A stretch of 57,071 bases of DNA from a virus. Lineage: Duplodnaviria > Caudoviricetes. Of the stretch, positions 48,551 to 57,023 are shown piece by piece (the stretch's first letter is position 1; each line of letters opens with the position of its first letter). The notes under the pieces are model-generated. The model saw nothing but the letters and a program-made list of their open reading frames with translations, did no database searches and was not told where the DNA came from. The DNA is taken from the IMG/VR virus record IMGVR_UViG_3300027963_000090, positions 1-57,071 of that record; one strand, 5' to 3'. A program made the position numbers and the translations under genes.

Positions 48551-49222
48551 ATGCTTGACCAAATTAATATAACATGTTCAGCCAAAGAGATCTTTGAAAG
48601 TTTACCAATTTTGGATTTACCAAAAACTCAGTTGAATAAACCCACTGGAGATTTTTTCTATGACGTTTGGCAGCTGAAAGATGAATTCAAAAAAACACCC
48701 ATTGTGAATCTTTTTGCTCAATTAGGGTCTGTGGGCGAAGCAAGAATAATTGTGTTGGAACCAGGCGAAAGTTATTGTGCTCATGCCGATATAGATGACC
48801 GATATCATTTGACACTACAAGGTGAACACAGTTATCTGTATGATTTAAAAAATTTAAAAATATACCCTACTGAAGTAGATAACAAAGTGTATCTTATGGA
48901 CGCTGGTCGCATACACTCTGCTGCTAATTTAGGATATAAATCACGCATTCAATTGGTCATAAGAAAGTTATTGAACAAAGTTGAATTGAAAGATCCTTGT
49001 GCTGTTAAAATCACAGTGAACAATCCACCATACAATTTGAGATATTTGTTTGATCACAGTTTTTCCATAGTTTTAAATAGATTAAACAAGCAAGGATGTG
49101 TGAATAAATTTAAAAAAATTTCTGAAACTGAAATAAGTTTTGAAATAGAACGTACTCATTTGCCACAAGTGAACAAAGTGTTGGACAATTGCGGATTTGA
49201 TGTAAGGATCAGTCATGATTAA
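48551..49222 (+). CDS. 2OG-Fe(II) oxygenase, Asp/Asn beta-hydroxylase-like
   Basis: ARIIVLEPGE.Y.AHAD...RYHL...IHSAAN....RIQLV. Confidence 0.75.
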   Translation: MLDQINITCSAKEIFESLPILDLPKTQLNKPTGDFFYDVWQLKDEFKKTPIVNLFAQLGSVGEARIIVLEPGESYCAHADIDDRYHLTLQGEHSYLYDLKNLKIYPTEVDNKVYLMDAGRIHSAANLGYKSRIQLVIRKLLNKVELKDPCAVKITVNNPPYNLRYLFDHSFSIVLNRLNKQGCVNKFKKISETEISFEIERTHLPQVNKVLDNCGFDVRISHD

Positions 49223-49850
49223 AGATTGGAATCATTTTTACAAATATGAATTGGGCAAAATAGAATTAGCCAACATGGTGTATGAACCATTGATTAGTCT
49301 TGATAAAGACATATTTAAAATGAACTTTAACAATAATCAATATTTCGTTAATCCCAATATGACTGACGATCTTAGACAAAATTGGTTTGCTAGAGAAACC
49401 AACTACATAGAAAAGTTAAAAAATAAACCATATGTTCCTGAAATTCTAAATATTGATCACAGAAATAGAACAATTGAATTCAAATGGTATGATCGTAGTT
49501 TAAGCAAACTCATACACACGGGTGAAATATCCACAGTTTCCAATTGGCAACAACAGATCAAAGATATTTTGTCAGACTTATTGTCACAGAACATACACAA
49601 ATCCAATTTGTATCCACATACATTTTACTTAGATAGTAAAAACAAAGTTCGCATAATGGATCTTTATGGTTGTACCTGTGACGAAGATAGATACGTGTCC
49701 AAAGAATTGTTAAAATCCATATTATTTGATCCCAATCATCCTAGATTTGCTCAAAGTCTTGTGGGTGAACTGTATGACACTTTCAAATTGTATGAATCAA
49801 CGGTGAAAATGAATTATGGCAAATGGCCAGGAGATTTTTTAAATGCTTGA
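49215..49850 (+). CDS. protein kinase-like fold protein with degenerate catalytic loop
   Basis: FK...WFARE...VPEI...IEF...IHKSNLYPHTF...VRIMDLYG. Confidence 0.55.
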   Translation: MIKDWNHFYKYELGKIELANMVYEPLISLDKDIFKMNFNNNQYFVNPNMTDDLRQNWFARETNYIEKLKNKPYVPEILNIDHRNRTIEFKWYDRSLSKLIHTGEISTVSNWQQQIKDILSDLLSQNIHKSNLYPHTFYLDSKNKVRIMDLYGCTCDEDRYVSKELLKSILFDPNHPRFAQSLVGELYDTFKLYESTVKMNYGKWPGDFLNA

Positions 49851-50391
49851 ATACGTGGGTAATTGCAAAGATGTGATTGATTGGCACAGTGTTATAAAAA
49901 GCATTGAAGATCAACAGAGTGCTTACATAGGTCCAAGACACGATGTGGGACATCATGTGCCTGGAGTGGAAGAAGTGGCTAAGCCATTGCGTGAGGCTGG
50001 CTATAAAATGAAACACGAAGGAGGCAATGCCAGTTGGGATATGTATCTACCAGGCACAAATTTTGATAAAAAGATAGCAGAAAAGTTTTGTGAATGGGTT
50101 GGAATGAAAAGTTATATCAATGCTTGGATCAGCAGAGTAAAACCTGGTGATGTAGCACCTTGGCATTGGGATATTACAGATGATGAAAAAACATTAGAAC
50201 ACAAAAAAGAAATGGTTAGATATCATTGTCATATAAGTCCTCCAGCACCAGGACATGTTTTTATCGTAGAAGATCATTGTTTGTACAATCAAGAAATGGG
50301 AGCCACTTGGAAATGGCCCAAACGAACTTCATGGCACGCTGGGTCTAATTGTGGATTGATTCCAAAATACGTTTTCAATATTTGGGGATAA
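49843..50391 (+). CDS. 2OG-Fe(II) oxygenase-like cupin
   Basis: WISRVKPGDVAPWHWD...RYH...WHAGSNCG...K. Confidence 0.7.
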   Translation: MLEYVGNCKDVIDWHSVIKSIEDQQSAYIGPRHDVGHHVPGVEEVAKPLREAGYKMKHEGGNASWDMYLPGTNFDKKIAEKFCEWVGMKSYINAWISRVKPGDVAPWHWDITDDEKTLEHKKEMVRYHCHISPPAPGHVFIVEDHCLYNQEMGATWKWPKRTSWHAGSNCGLIPKYVFNIWG

Positions 50392-50398
50392 AAATATA

Positions 50399-50950
50399 AT
50401 GAAAATAATTATCACAGGTCATACGTCAAACATAGGCAAAATGTTGTTTGAATATCTTAGTAAAAATCACGAATGTTTAGGATTTTCTAAATCCACAGGT
50501 TGTGATTTAAATGTTAAAGAACAAATGGATTCTTTAATTAAAAAATCATTAGACAGTGATTGTTTGATAAATTTAGCACACATAGATAATATTCAAAGTC
50601 AAATTTTAATCAACATTAATGAACAATGGAGCAATCACAGATTAAAAAATGTTATCACATTTGGCACTCTAGCTACTAAAATACATCCAAAACTTTTAGA
50701 AAGTATTAACGCTAACATCACATATCTTAAACAAAAACATCATCTTGATGTGATACATAATTCTTTGAGTATACAAAAACCATTTGGAACCCAGGTCAAA
50801 TTTACCATGTTAAGAATTGCTAATTATGGTCCAAAGACTGGAGAAAGATCCAATGAACCTACTTGTAGTGCTGAAGATATTACTAGAACAATAGATTATA
50901 TTTTAAATCAAGATTTATATATTAGTAATATTGATTTAAGAAAAATTTAA
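50399..50950 (+). CDS. short-chain dehydrogenase/reductase-like protein
   Basis: KIIITGHTSNIGK Rossmann motif, INLA, YLKQK (YxxxK). Confidence 0.7.
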   Translation: MKIIITGHTSNIGKMLFEYLSKNHECLGFSKSTGCDLNVKEQMDSLIKKSLDSDCLINLAHIDNIQSQILININEQWSNHRLKNVITFGTLATKIHPKLLESINANITYLKQKHHLDVIHNSLSIQKPFGTQVKFTMLRIANYGPKTGERSNEPTCSAEDITRTIDYILNQDLYISNIDLRKI

Positions 50951-52017
50951 ATTATTTTTCTTTTAGAACCTTTTCTTTTCACATCAAGAGTGCAACAATG
51001 AGTACCACCTTCCCAATACACTTCATGTCTTTGTGTGACTACATGACAATTGATATTGTGTGTTTTTAAAAACTCAAATAATTCTGGCAAATGTTTGCCA
51101 AACAATATATTTTTTGAATCTAAAATTAATACATTTAAATCAAAACAAATCTCCTGTGTGTATCCTCTCCAATTGGCCAAATATTTTTCTAACCAAGCAT
51201 TAGAATATTTTCCATCAGTGGCAGTATAATCATTGATATAGTTGTCTGTAATAACTGTGCCTACAAAATTTTTAACATCAATTAATTTTTTATTGCGTAA
51301 ACATAAAGGAACCCATTCTATACCAGCATGTATCACAGTGTTATCATCTATCAGCAAAAATCCATGATCAATGTGTCCATAATTTTTAAATATGGTATCA
51401 CCTGTATTTTCAATATAATTAAATTCTTTCAAATTGCGTTTAAGCCATTCTAATCCTAATTGCGAACCTGGTCCTCTGCCGTTGTATATCAATGAATCGC
51501 CTGCTTTAAACACTGAGGCTGTGTGCCACAACAATTGATCTGCTAATTTTTCTTTGTATATGGAGTCTGATATGTACCAATTGTCATCAATTTTTGAATC
51601 AATCAACATAGGCAATGGTTGAGCAATCCAGTTGTATCCTTCTTTAAATAATTCATTAAAAATCTTTCTATAACTTAAAGAATCAAAATATCTGTCGGTA
51701 TAACTGGTATATGTTTGTATGATATCACGACCCATAATCAAATACTGATCTCTGGGCACTATGGGGCATATAGGTAAATTAATTTTAAAATTGGGCATCT
51801 GAATTGATTGTTCAAACTTTTGCACTTCAGGTCTGTGTACTTTAATATTAGATTTTTTTAAAAAATCTGTTAAATTGTTGAGATCTTGTTTGGTTTCTTC
51901 TAATATTTTATTAAAACTTGAAATACTTTCTTTAGGTAAAAAATTATCCACATCTCCAGGAGCATAGCAATCACCCACAATTACTTCTTGTAATGGATCA
52001 AATTCTGTGTAGATCAT
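50947..52017 (-). CDS. amidinotransferase (glycine/inosamine-phosphate amidinotransferase family)
   Basis: TEFDPLQEVIVG, PRD, GLEWLKR, GHID, GGTHCCTLDVKR. Confidence 0.85.
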   Translation of the reverse strand: MIYTEFDPLQEVIVGDCYAPGDVDNFLPKESISSFNKILEETKQDLNNLTDFLKKSNIKVHRPEVQKFEQSIQMPNFKINLPICPIVPRDQYLIMGRDIIQTYTSYTDRYFDSLSYRKIFNELFKEGYNWIAQPLPMLIDSKIDDNWYISDSIYKEKLADQLLWHTASVFKAGDSLIYNGRGPGSQLGLEWLKRNLKEFNYIENTGDTIFKNYGHIDHGFLLIDDNTVIHAGIEWVPLCLRNKKLIDVKNFVGTVITDNYINDYTATDGKYSNAWLEKYLANWRGYTQEICFDLNVLILDSKNILFGKHLPELFEFLKTHNINCHVVTQRHEVYWEGGTHCCTLDVKRKGSKRKII

Positions 52018-52021
52018 AATT

Positions 52022-52648
52022 TTATATTAAATATTTGTAATTTATAAACATTTGCATTGATAATCTTACAACGCCTTTTTTTGCCACCACTGTTGATACA
52101 GCATGAATGTGATCTGTATAATTTATTATTATTCTGTTGGGAGTAGGTTCAATAAATTTTCCATGTGTATCATCTTTGTCTTCTTTATAAAGAAAAAGAC
52201 CTCCATCGTTAATATCCCAAGTATCGTGTAAAAAGTGTGTTACTCCTACATAATCTATAGAATTGTCCTTTTCATAAGTGCTGTCAAGATGCCAATGCCC
52301 CCCGTATGGAGCATGATTTTCATGATAACGCACCAAACAATCCATGGTATTAAGTATGTCTTTGGACACAACATTTTTGCTCACTAAATTTTTTAACCAA
52401 AATGTTCTGCTTTCACCTGTTAACATGTAATATGTGGAATTGTGAAATCCATAGTGATCATTTTCTACTTGTCCAGAAAATTCTGTAATTTCATTTCCAA
52501 TTTGTTTTATTATTTTTGAATCCTTGGCATGTTCTGGATCAATATAATGTAGTTCACATTCATTATTGGCAATTTCATGTTTAATAATAGATTTTAACTC
52601 AACCAATGTTGGTGTATCGAAAAAATTATCAATTGTTTTTATTGTCAT
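52022..52648 (-). CDS. 2OG-Fe(II) oxygenase, prolyl 4-hydroxylase-like
   Basis: TIDNFF, WHLD, WDINDGGLF, P.PNR, HAVS.V, RLSMQMF. Confidence 0.8.
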   Translation of the reverse strand: MTIKTIDNFFDTPTLVELKSIIKHEIANNECELHYIDPEHAKDSKIIKQIGNEITEFSGQVENDHYGFHNSTYYMLTGESRTFWLKNLVSKNVVSKDILNTMDCLVRYHENHAPYGGHWHLDSTYEKDNSIDYVGVTHFLHDTWDINDGGLFLYKEDKDDTHGKFIEPTPNRIIINYTDHIHAVSTVVAKKGVVRLSMQMFINYKYLI

Positions 52649-53747
52649 AGTAATCTAAATCCTGTTTTAAAACTGTAAAATACTCATCGTTAGCATTCAA
52701 AGGCATCATGTATAAATTTTTAAAATTGCCTTTGCGTATCATGTAAAGACAACCAAAACGATTCAATATTTCAAAACCCGTGCTTTGAATAGTTTTAATA
52801 GCTGTGTTTTGGATGCTTTGATGTTTGTCTAATATTTGTTCTTTTTCCAATATGTCTATGTATTTCAAAGCACTGTTTATGCCTGGCAAAGAAAAACTAT
52901 AAGTGTATCCGTGATCCCATTCAAAATTAGTGGGTAAAATATTATGTATTTTTTCATTGTACATGGTTATACTCAAAGGAAAATATCCACCTGTGATAGA
53001 TTTGCCCATGGTAAAAATATCAGGTTGTATGGGCAAATGTTTCCAACCAATATAATTGCCTGTTTTGCCACCTCCTATAAAAATATCATCCACAATTAAT
53101 ATAACGTCAAATTTTTCTTGAACATATTTTATTTTTTCCCAAAAAATGTCTGAATTAGGTGTTAAATCATCTCCCCACGAACATGTTTCTACTATAATAC
53201 TCATCACTTGATTCCAATCAACAGAATTTACATCAAAATCTCTGTTTAATCTAATAACTCCATCATATCTATTCATGGTATATAAAGGATTATTCACTAA
53301 CAAATCTCCAAGATTGCTATTAAGGAAAGTGCATCCATGAAAACTGCGATAAAAACTTACAATTTTATTTTTGTTTTGATTTTTTTTAATTGAATGATAT
53401 GCTGAAGATAATTTTACTGCTCCTTCATTGGCATCGCTGCCTGACAAAGCAAAAAAACTTCTATATCCATTGCTCATATTAAACAATTTATCGGATAGTT
53501 CATAACTGGCATGATTTAATTTTAAATCTTCTTCATATATTGAAGATTCTGCTATTTCTGGTTTAACATTTTTAATTGAATCGCACACATGTTGAATAAT
53601 GTCTGTTCTATCAAATCCCAGTGTAAAACAACCATAGTGTAACAGAGGATCTATTTTTTTGATGCCATTCTCCACAGTACCAAATTGCCAATGATCTTTT
53701 GATGGATGAGTAGGTTTCTGTTGTCCTGGTATCAATCCTTTTAACAT
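52629..53747 (-). CDS. class III PLP-dependent aminotransferase
   Basis: SGSDANEGAVK, SFHG, LIVDDIFIGGGKTG, DIFTMGKSITGGYFPLS (PLP lysine), HGYTYS. Confidence 0.88.
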   Translation of the reverse strand: MLKGLIPGQQKPTHPSKDHWQFGTVENGIKKIDPLLHYGCFTLGFDRTDIIQHVCDSIKNVKPEIAESSIYEEDLKLNHASYELSDKLFNMSNGYRSFFALSGSDANEGAVKLSSAYHSIKKNQNKNKIVSFYRSFHGCTFLNSNLGDLLVNNPLYTMNRYDGVIRLNRDFDVNSVDWNQVMSIIVETCSWGDDLTPNSDIFWEKIKYVQEKFDVILIVDDIFIGGGKTGNYIGWKHLPIQPDIFTMGKSITGGYFPLSITMYNEKIHNILPTNFEWDHGYTYSFSLPGINSALKYIDILEKEQILDKHQSIQNTAIKTIQSTGFEILNRFGCLYMIRKGNFKNLYMMPLNANDEYFTVLKQDLDYYDNKNN

Positions 53748-53755
53748 GTTAATAA

Positions 53756-54310
53756 TTATCGTAATTCTAACCTAATTTGGTCAAACGTGGTCTCTGTGTT
53801 ATTTTGAAAAGTTTTTTTTGAATCTAAAGATATCGTTAATCCTTGCTGTTGTAAATTAATTTTATCAAAAAAATTTATGTTTTTTGTTTCTCCTTGGTGA
53901 TAGTTTTTACCAAAAATATGTGTGTGTTCATTTATGTTAATTGTAACTTCATAATTGTCATCCAATTGTTCACTGCCCAACACATAATTGTGTCTGTTTA
54001 TTTCTGTTTTTATAGAATGATATTGATCATTTATGGGTTCAAACTTATACAAAACATCCACAAGTTCTTTGCTGGGATCTTTAAAATTTATGTTATAGTT
54101 AAATTTTAATACATTAACCGTGTTGTAATCAATATCAATATTTTTTTTTAATGTGATAGGCAAGTTTTCTTCAGCATCATTTATACCTTCAAACAATAAA
54201 TTATTGTTAAGATATATGTTTAAATGATTAGAATAATGATGTTTTTTAAAAGAAAAATAACTTTTTTCTTGTTCTTTAGGACAAATAACAGTGATAGTTC
54301 TTTTATTCAT
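53756..54310 (-). CDS. hypothetical protein
   Basis: AT-rich ORF; start likely ATG 54310 overlapping the upstream stop. Confidence 0.55.
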   Translation of the reverse strand: MNKRTITVICPKEQEKSYFSFKKHHYSNHLNIYLNNNLLFEGINDAEENLPITLKKNIDIDYNTVNVLKFNYNINFKDPSKELVDVLYKFEPINDQYHSIKTEINRHNYVLGSEQLDDNYEVTININEHTHIFGKNYHQGETKNINFFDKINLQQQGLTISLDSKKTFQNNTETTFDQIRLELR

Positions 54311-54899
54311 AAGCAATGTCTTTGAATATTTCCAATGCTTCGTCAAATTGAAGATGAGAATTATTTAATTTTAATAACGTGAAACACAATGTCCAACGAT
54401 CCTGTTTGTTATCAGGATTGTATGTGGAATGCAGTTGCCCAACATTCATTAGACTGGGTTTATTAATAACTTTTTCACACACTAAATTACAACTTTCTTC
54501 TGTAGATTGGAAAGCGTTAGTAACAACTATATCTGGCACAATACCTTGAGATTCTATGTGTGAATTGTCTGGAAAAGCTGGAATTAAAAAAGATTCATCT
54601 TTGACTTGCCACCATCTTGTTGTGCTGTTGGTTGGTCCCCAGGTAAAGTTAATTTTTGTTGCATTGCTTATTGTGCTGGTATCATTGTGCATGGGTAGTT
54701 TGCCCCCATTGGGTGGAGTATAAAACCCTTCAATGACATTTGAAACTTTAAGATTAAAATTTTTTATCCAAGTTATAATACTTTGATCAATGAATTTATT
54801 TGGAACAAAAATCATATTGGGATGACTGTAACTTTGATTAAAACAATCTGGTTTTGGGTATTCAAAAGGGAGTTTTAAATATCTGTGATACTTGTTCAT
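54303..54899 (-). CDS. 2OG-Fe(II) oxygenase-like cupin
   Basis: FYTPP.G.LPMHND...KINF...NVGQLHS..N....RWTLCF; AGGAG SD. Confidence 0.65.
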   Translation of the reverse strand: MNKYHRYLKLPFEYPKPDCFNQSYSHPNMIFVPNKFIDQSIITWIKNFNLKVSNVIEGFYTPPNGGKLPMHNDTSTISNATKINFTWGPTNSTTRWWQVKDESFLIPAFPDNSHIESQGIVPDIVVTNAFQSTEESCNLVCEKVINKPSLMNVGQLHSTYNPDNKQDRWTLCFTLLKLNNSHLQFDEALEIFKDIAYE

Positions 54900-54909
54900 A
54901 TAAAACTCC

Positions 54910-55716
54910 TTAATAGTTTTTTAAATGATTTATGCCTAACTTTTTTCTAAATTCATCTGTAAACACACAATCAATTCGCAATCCATACTCTTGCTCACGA
55001 TTGATCTCACCACCGTGCCAGTCTTGATCGTTCCAAAAAGCAGCATTTGAATTGATATAAACTTTGTTTTTTGTTTCAGGATCCCAAATGTAAAATCCTC
55101 TTTTAGTATTGTGACGTATGTGTATAAACTCATTGCAATGGTCACTGTATCCTTGTGAGTCACCATGTTTGCCATCTAAGTCTCTGTGTTCAAATGGCTG
55201 TCCGTCATGTTCACAATGAAAAAATATCACTCTGCCTATTTGACTCACTATGTTTTGATTCACAAGATTTTTAACCCATGTGACCACTCCAGGAAAATGT
55301 TTGCTTTCTTCCGTGAGATGTCTTTCAGAATTTCTATTATCCCAATCACCTTCATTCCATAAAAAATAATAGATGTATGGATCTTTAGCACCCAACACTG
55401 CTTTGAGATAGCGTGTGAATTGATTTCTTGTGCGGTAATCTTTGATGTTGGCATAAAGATCATCACCATTTTTTCTAATAGGGTGATCTGTGGGCAGTGC
55501 AAGATATTCTTTCACAGCCTGATAAATTGGTTTCCAATTCAATTGATAACTCATGTCTTGTAGATTAAATCCTGGTGACATCCATGTGCCTTCTTTGGCA
55601 TATTCTCTAGCCAAAGCAAATCCCCTGCAGATTTCAGGATGTAATTTCTTGAAACCTTCTATGTCCAAATGTGGAGTTAAATCAATATATGGTTGACCAC
55701 CAATTCCTCTTATCAT
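54910..55716 (-). CDS. 2OG-Fe(II) oxygenase-like protein
   Basis: GRVIFF...FEHRD...DWHGG...LRID (HxD...H...R). Confidence 0.5.
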   Translation of the reverse strand: MIRGIGGQPYIDLTPHLDIEGFKKLHPEICRGFALAREYAKEGTWMSPGFNLQDMSYQLNWKPIYQAVKEYLALPTDHPIRKNGDDLYANIKDYRTRNQFTRYLKAVLGAKDPYIYYFLWNEGDWDNRNSERHLTEESKHFPGVVTWVKNLVNQNIVSQIGRVIFFHCEHDGQPFEHRDLDGKHGDSQGYSDHCNEFIHIRHNTKRGFYIWDPETKNKVYINSNAAFWNDQDWHGGEINREQEYGLRIDCVFTDEFRKKLGINHLKNY

Positions 55717-55721
55717 CCAAA

Positions 55722-55756
55722 TATTTAGTGTTAAATATTGTGGACAAAAATATTTA
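55722..55756. promoter_or_regulatory. back-to-back late promoter cores
   Basis: TAAATA on minus at 55727-55722 and 55756-55751, on plus at 55732-55737. Confidence 0.55.
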
Positions 55757-56328
55757 TGACTTACAAATTGGTACCATATTCTGAATCAATTGATTTAACA
55801 GAATTTTATCTTCAAGCAGAATCTAGAGGATTCAAAAACAACAACAGCAAAAAAACGTTGGTGGATAGTATCTCCACAGAAAGACTTTCACGTGTTTGGA
55901 TTCTTTATTATAACAATGAAATAGTCGGTACCACTGCTGCTCACAGTTTTGATGAAATGGGACCAAATTGTTTTCGTATTGCTGTGAGATCTTGTGCGTT
56001 CACAGATCGTATGCCAATCAAAAGAGTAAGAACCCGAACGGGGATCATTGAACATCAGCACGTGAGTCCTCAATTTTTTATGACTGCTGGCATAGAATGG
56101 GCAGGCAAAGATAAAAATTTTTATATCACATCAAATAAAAATAGCTGGGGCACTCAACAAAGAGTTCACAGAACTTGGGCTCCAATATTGGCCAAAACAG
56201 GTTGTTTGGAAAACTGTGGTGAAATGTTTTACAGAGGAACTGAACAAACAATTTGGAAAGTAAACGTTGAAATATTCTATCAACAATTAGAACAATACGG
56301 CAGATGGCCTATTGATTGGACTTTATAA
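55756..56328 (+). CDS. hypothetical protein, possible GNAT-fold acyltransferase
   Basis: VWILYYNNEIVG..AAH...FRIAVR pattern; start reassigned to ATG 55756. Confidence 0.45.
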   Translation: MTYKLVPYSESIDLTEFYLQAESRGFKNNNSKKTLVDSISTERLSRVWILYYNNEIVGTTAAHSFDEMGPNCFRIAVRSCAFTDRMPIKRVRTRTGIIEHQHVSPQFFMTAGIEWAGKDKNFYITSNKNSWGTQQRVHRTWAPILAKTGCLENCGEMFYRGTEQTIWKVNVEIFYQQLEQYGRWPIDWTL

Positions 56329-57016
56329 GTCGAATAAAAAATCCAGATAAATCCGGTGAAGGATTACGCCAAGCAGTTGAATTGGTGTGATGATATTTGT
56401 GCCAGCCTTCCCCAGCCACAGTCCATGCTATTAATTTACTGTCAGAAACTTCACCATTCCAATGATTAAAAACATTCACTATGCCGCCCATGATAACACT
56501 TAATACTGTGGGAAATATCCATAAAGGAAAAATCAGTATGGGATTAATAATAGCCAATAATACAATATAAAAAGACAACAATTTAAAATAATGCTTATGA
56601 ACAAATTTGTGTTCAGGATATTTCAAAAGTCGTGCTGCATATCTTGGTTCCACATCATAAGCATCAAAGAAGTATCCAAAGAATACTTTGAAATGACCTT
56701 TGTATTTGGGAGAATGTGAATCTTGTTCAGTGTCAGAGAATCTATGATGTTTCAAATGCACAGCAGTCCATGCCACAGTGGAACCTAGTGTAACTATACT
56801 GCTGCAGAACAATAAAAAATAATGCCAAAATTTATTTGTGTTAAAACTTTTATGAGTAAAATATCTGTGCAATCCCACAATGTGTCCAAACACAGCCAAC
56901 AAATATCCAATGATTAAAAAATAAAGAATATTACTAGTCGATAGGATTAATGGGCTAACCAAAAATAATATCCAGCTAATGGAATGAAATATTAATAGTT
57001 TTTTATTGTCTGGCAT
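56309..57016 (-). CDS. membrane fatty acid desaturase (delta-9/DesC-like)
   Basis: Three His boxes HRYFTH, HLKHH, GEGWHKYHH; SD...DSHSP; several hydrophobic segments. Confidence 0.9.
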   Translation of the reverse strand: MPDNKKLLIFHSISWILFLVSPLILSTSNILYFLIIGYLLAVFGHIVGLHRYFTHKSFNTNKFWHYFLLFCSSIVTLGSTVAWTAVHLKHHRFSDTEQDSHSPKYKGHFKVFFGYFFDAYDVEPRYAARLLKYPEHKFVHKHYFKLLSFYIVLLAIINPILIFPLWIFPTVLSVIMGGIVNVFNHWNGEVSDSKLIAWTVAGEGWHKYHHTNSTAWRNPSPDLSGFFIRLIKSNQ

Positions 57017-57023
57017 GCTAAAC

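Noticed and set aside
33737-57016. RiPP cluster with a small precursor peptide for the radical SAM/SPASM enzymes
   Set aside because: Genes abut or overlap, leaving no free small ORF; no RRE/PqqD domain, peptidase or exporter recognised
33737-57016. Island being host chromosomal DNA joined to a prophage
   Set aside because: Same late motif and palindrome as the phage structural genes, no integrase or att-like boundary, no housekeeping genes
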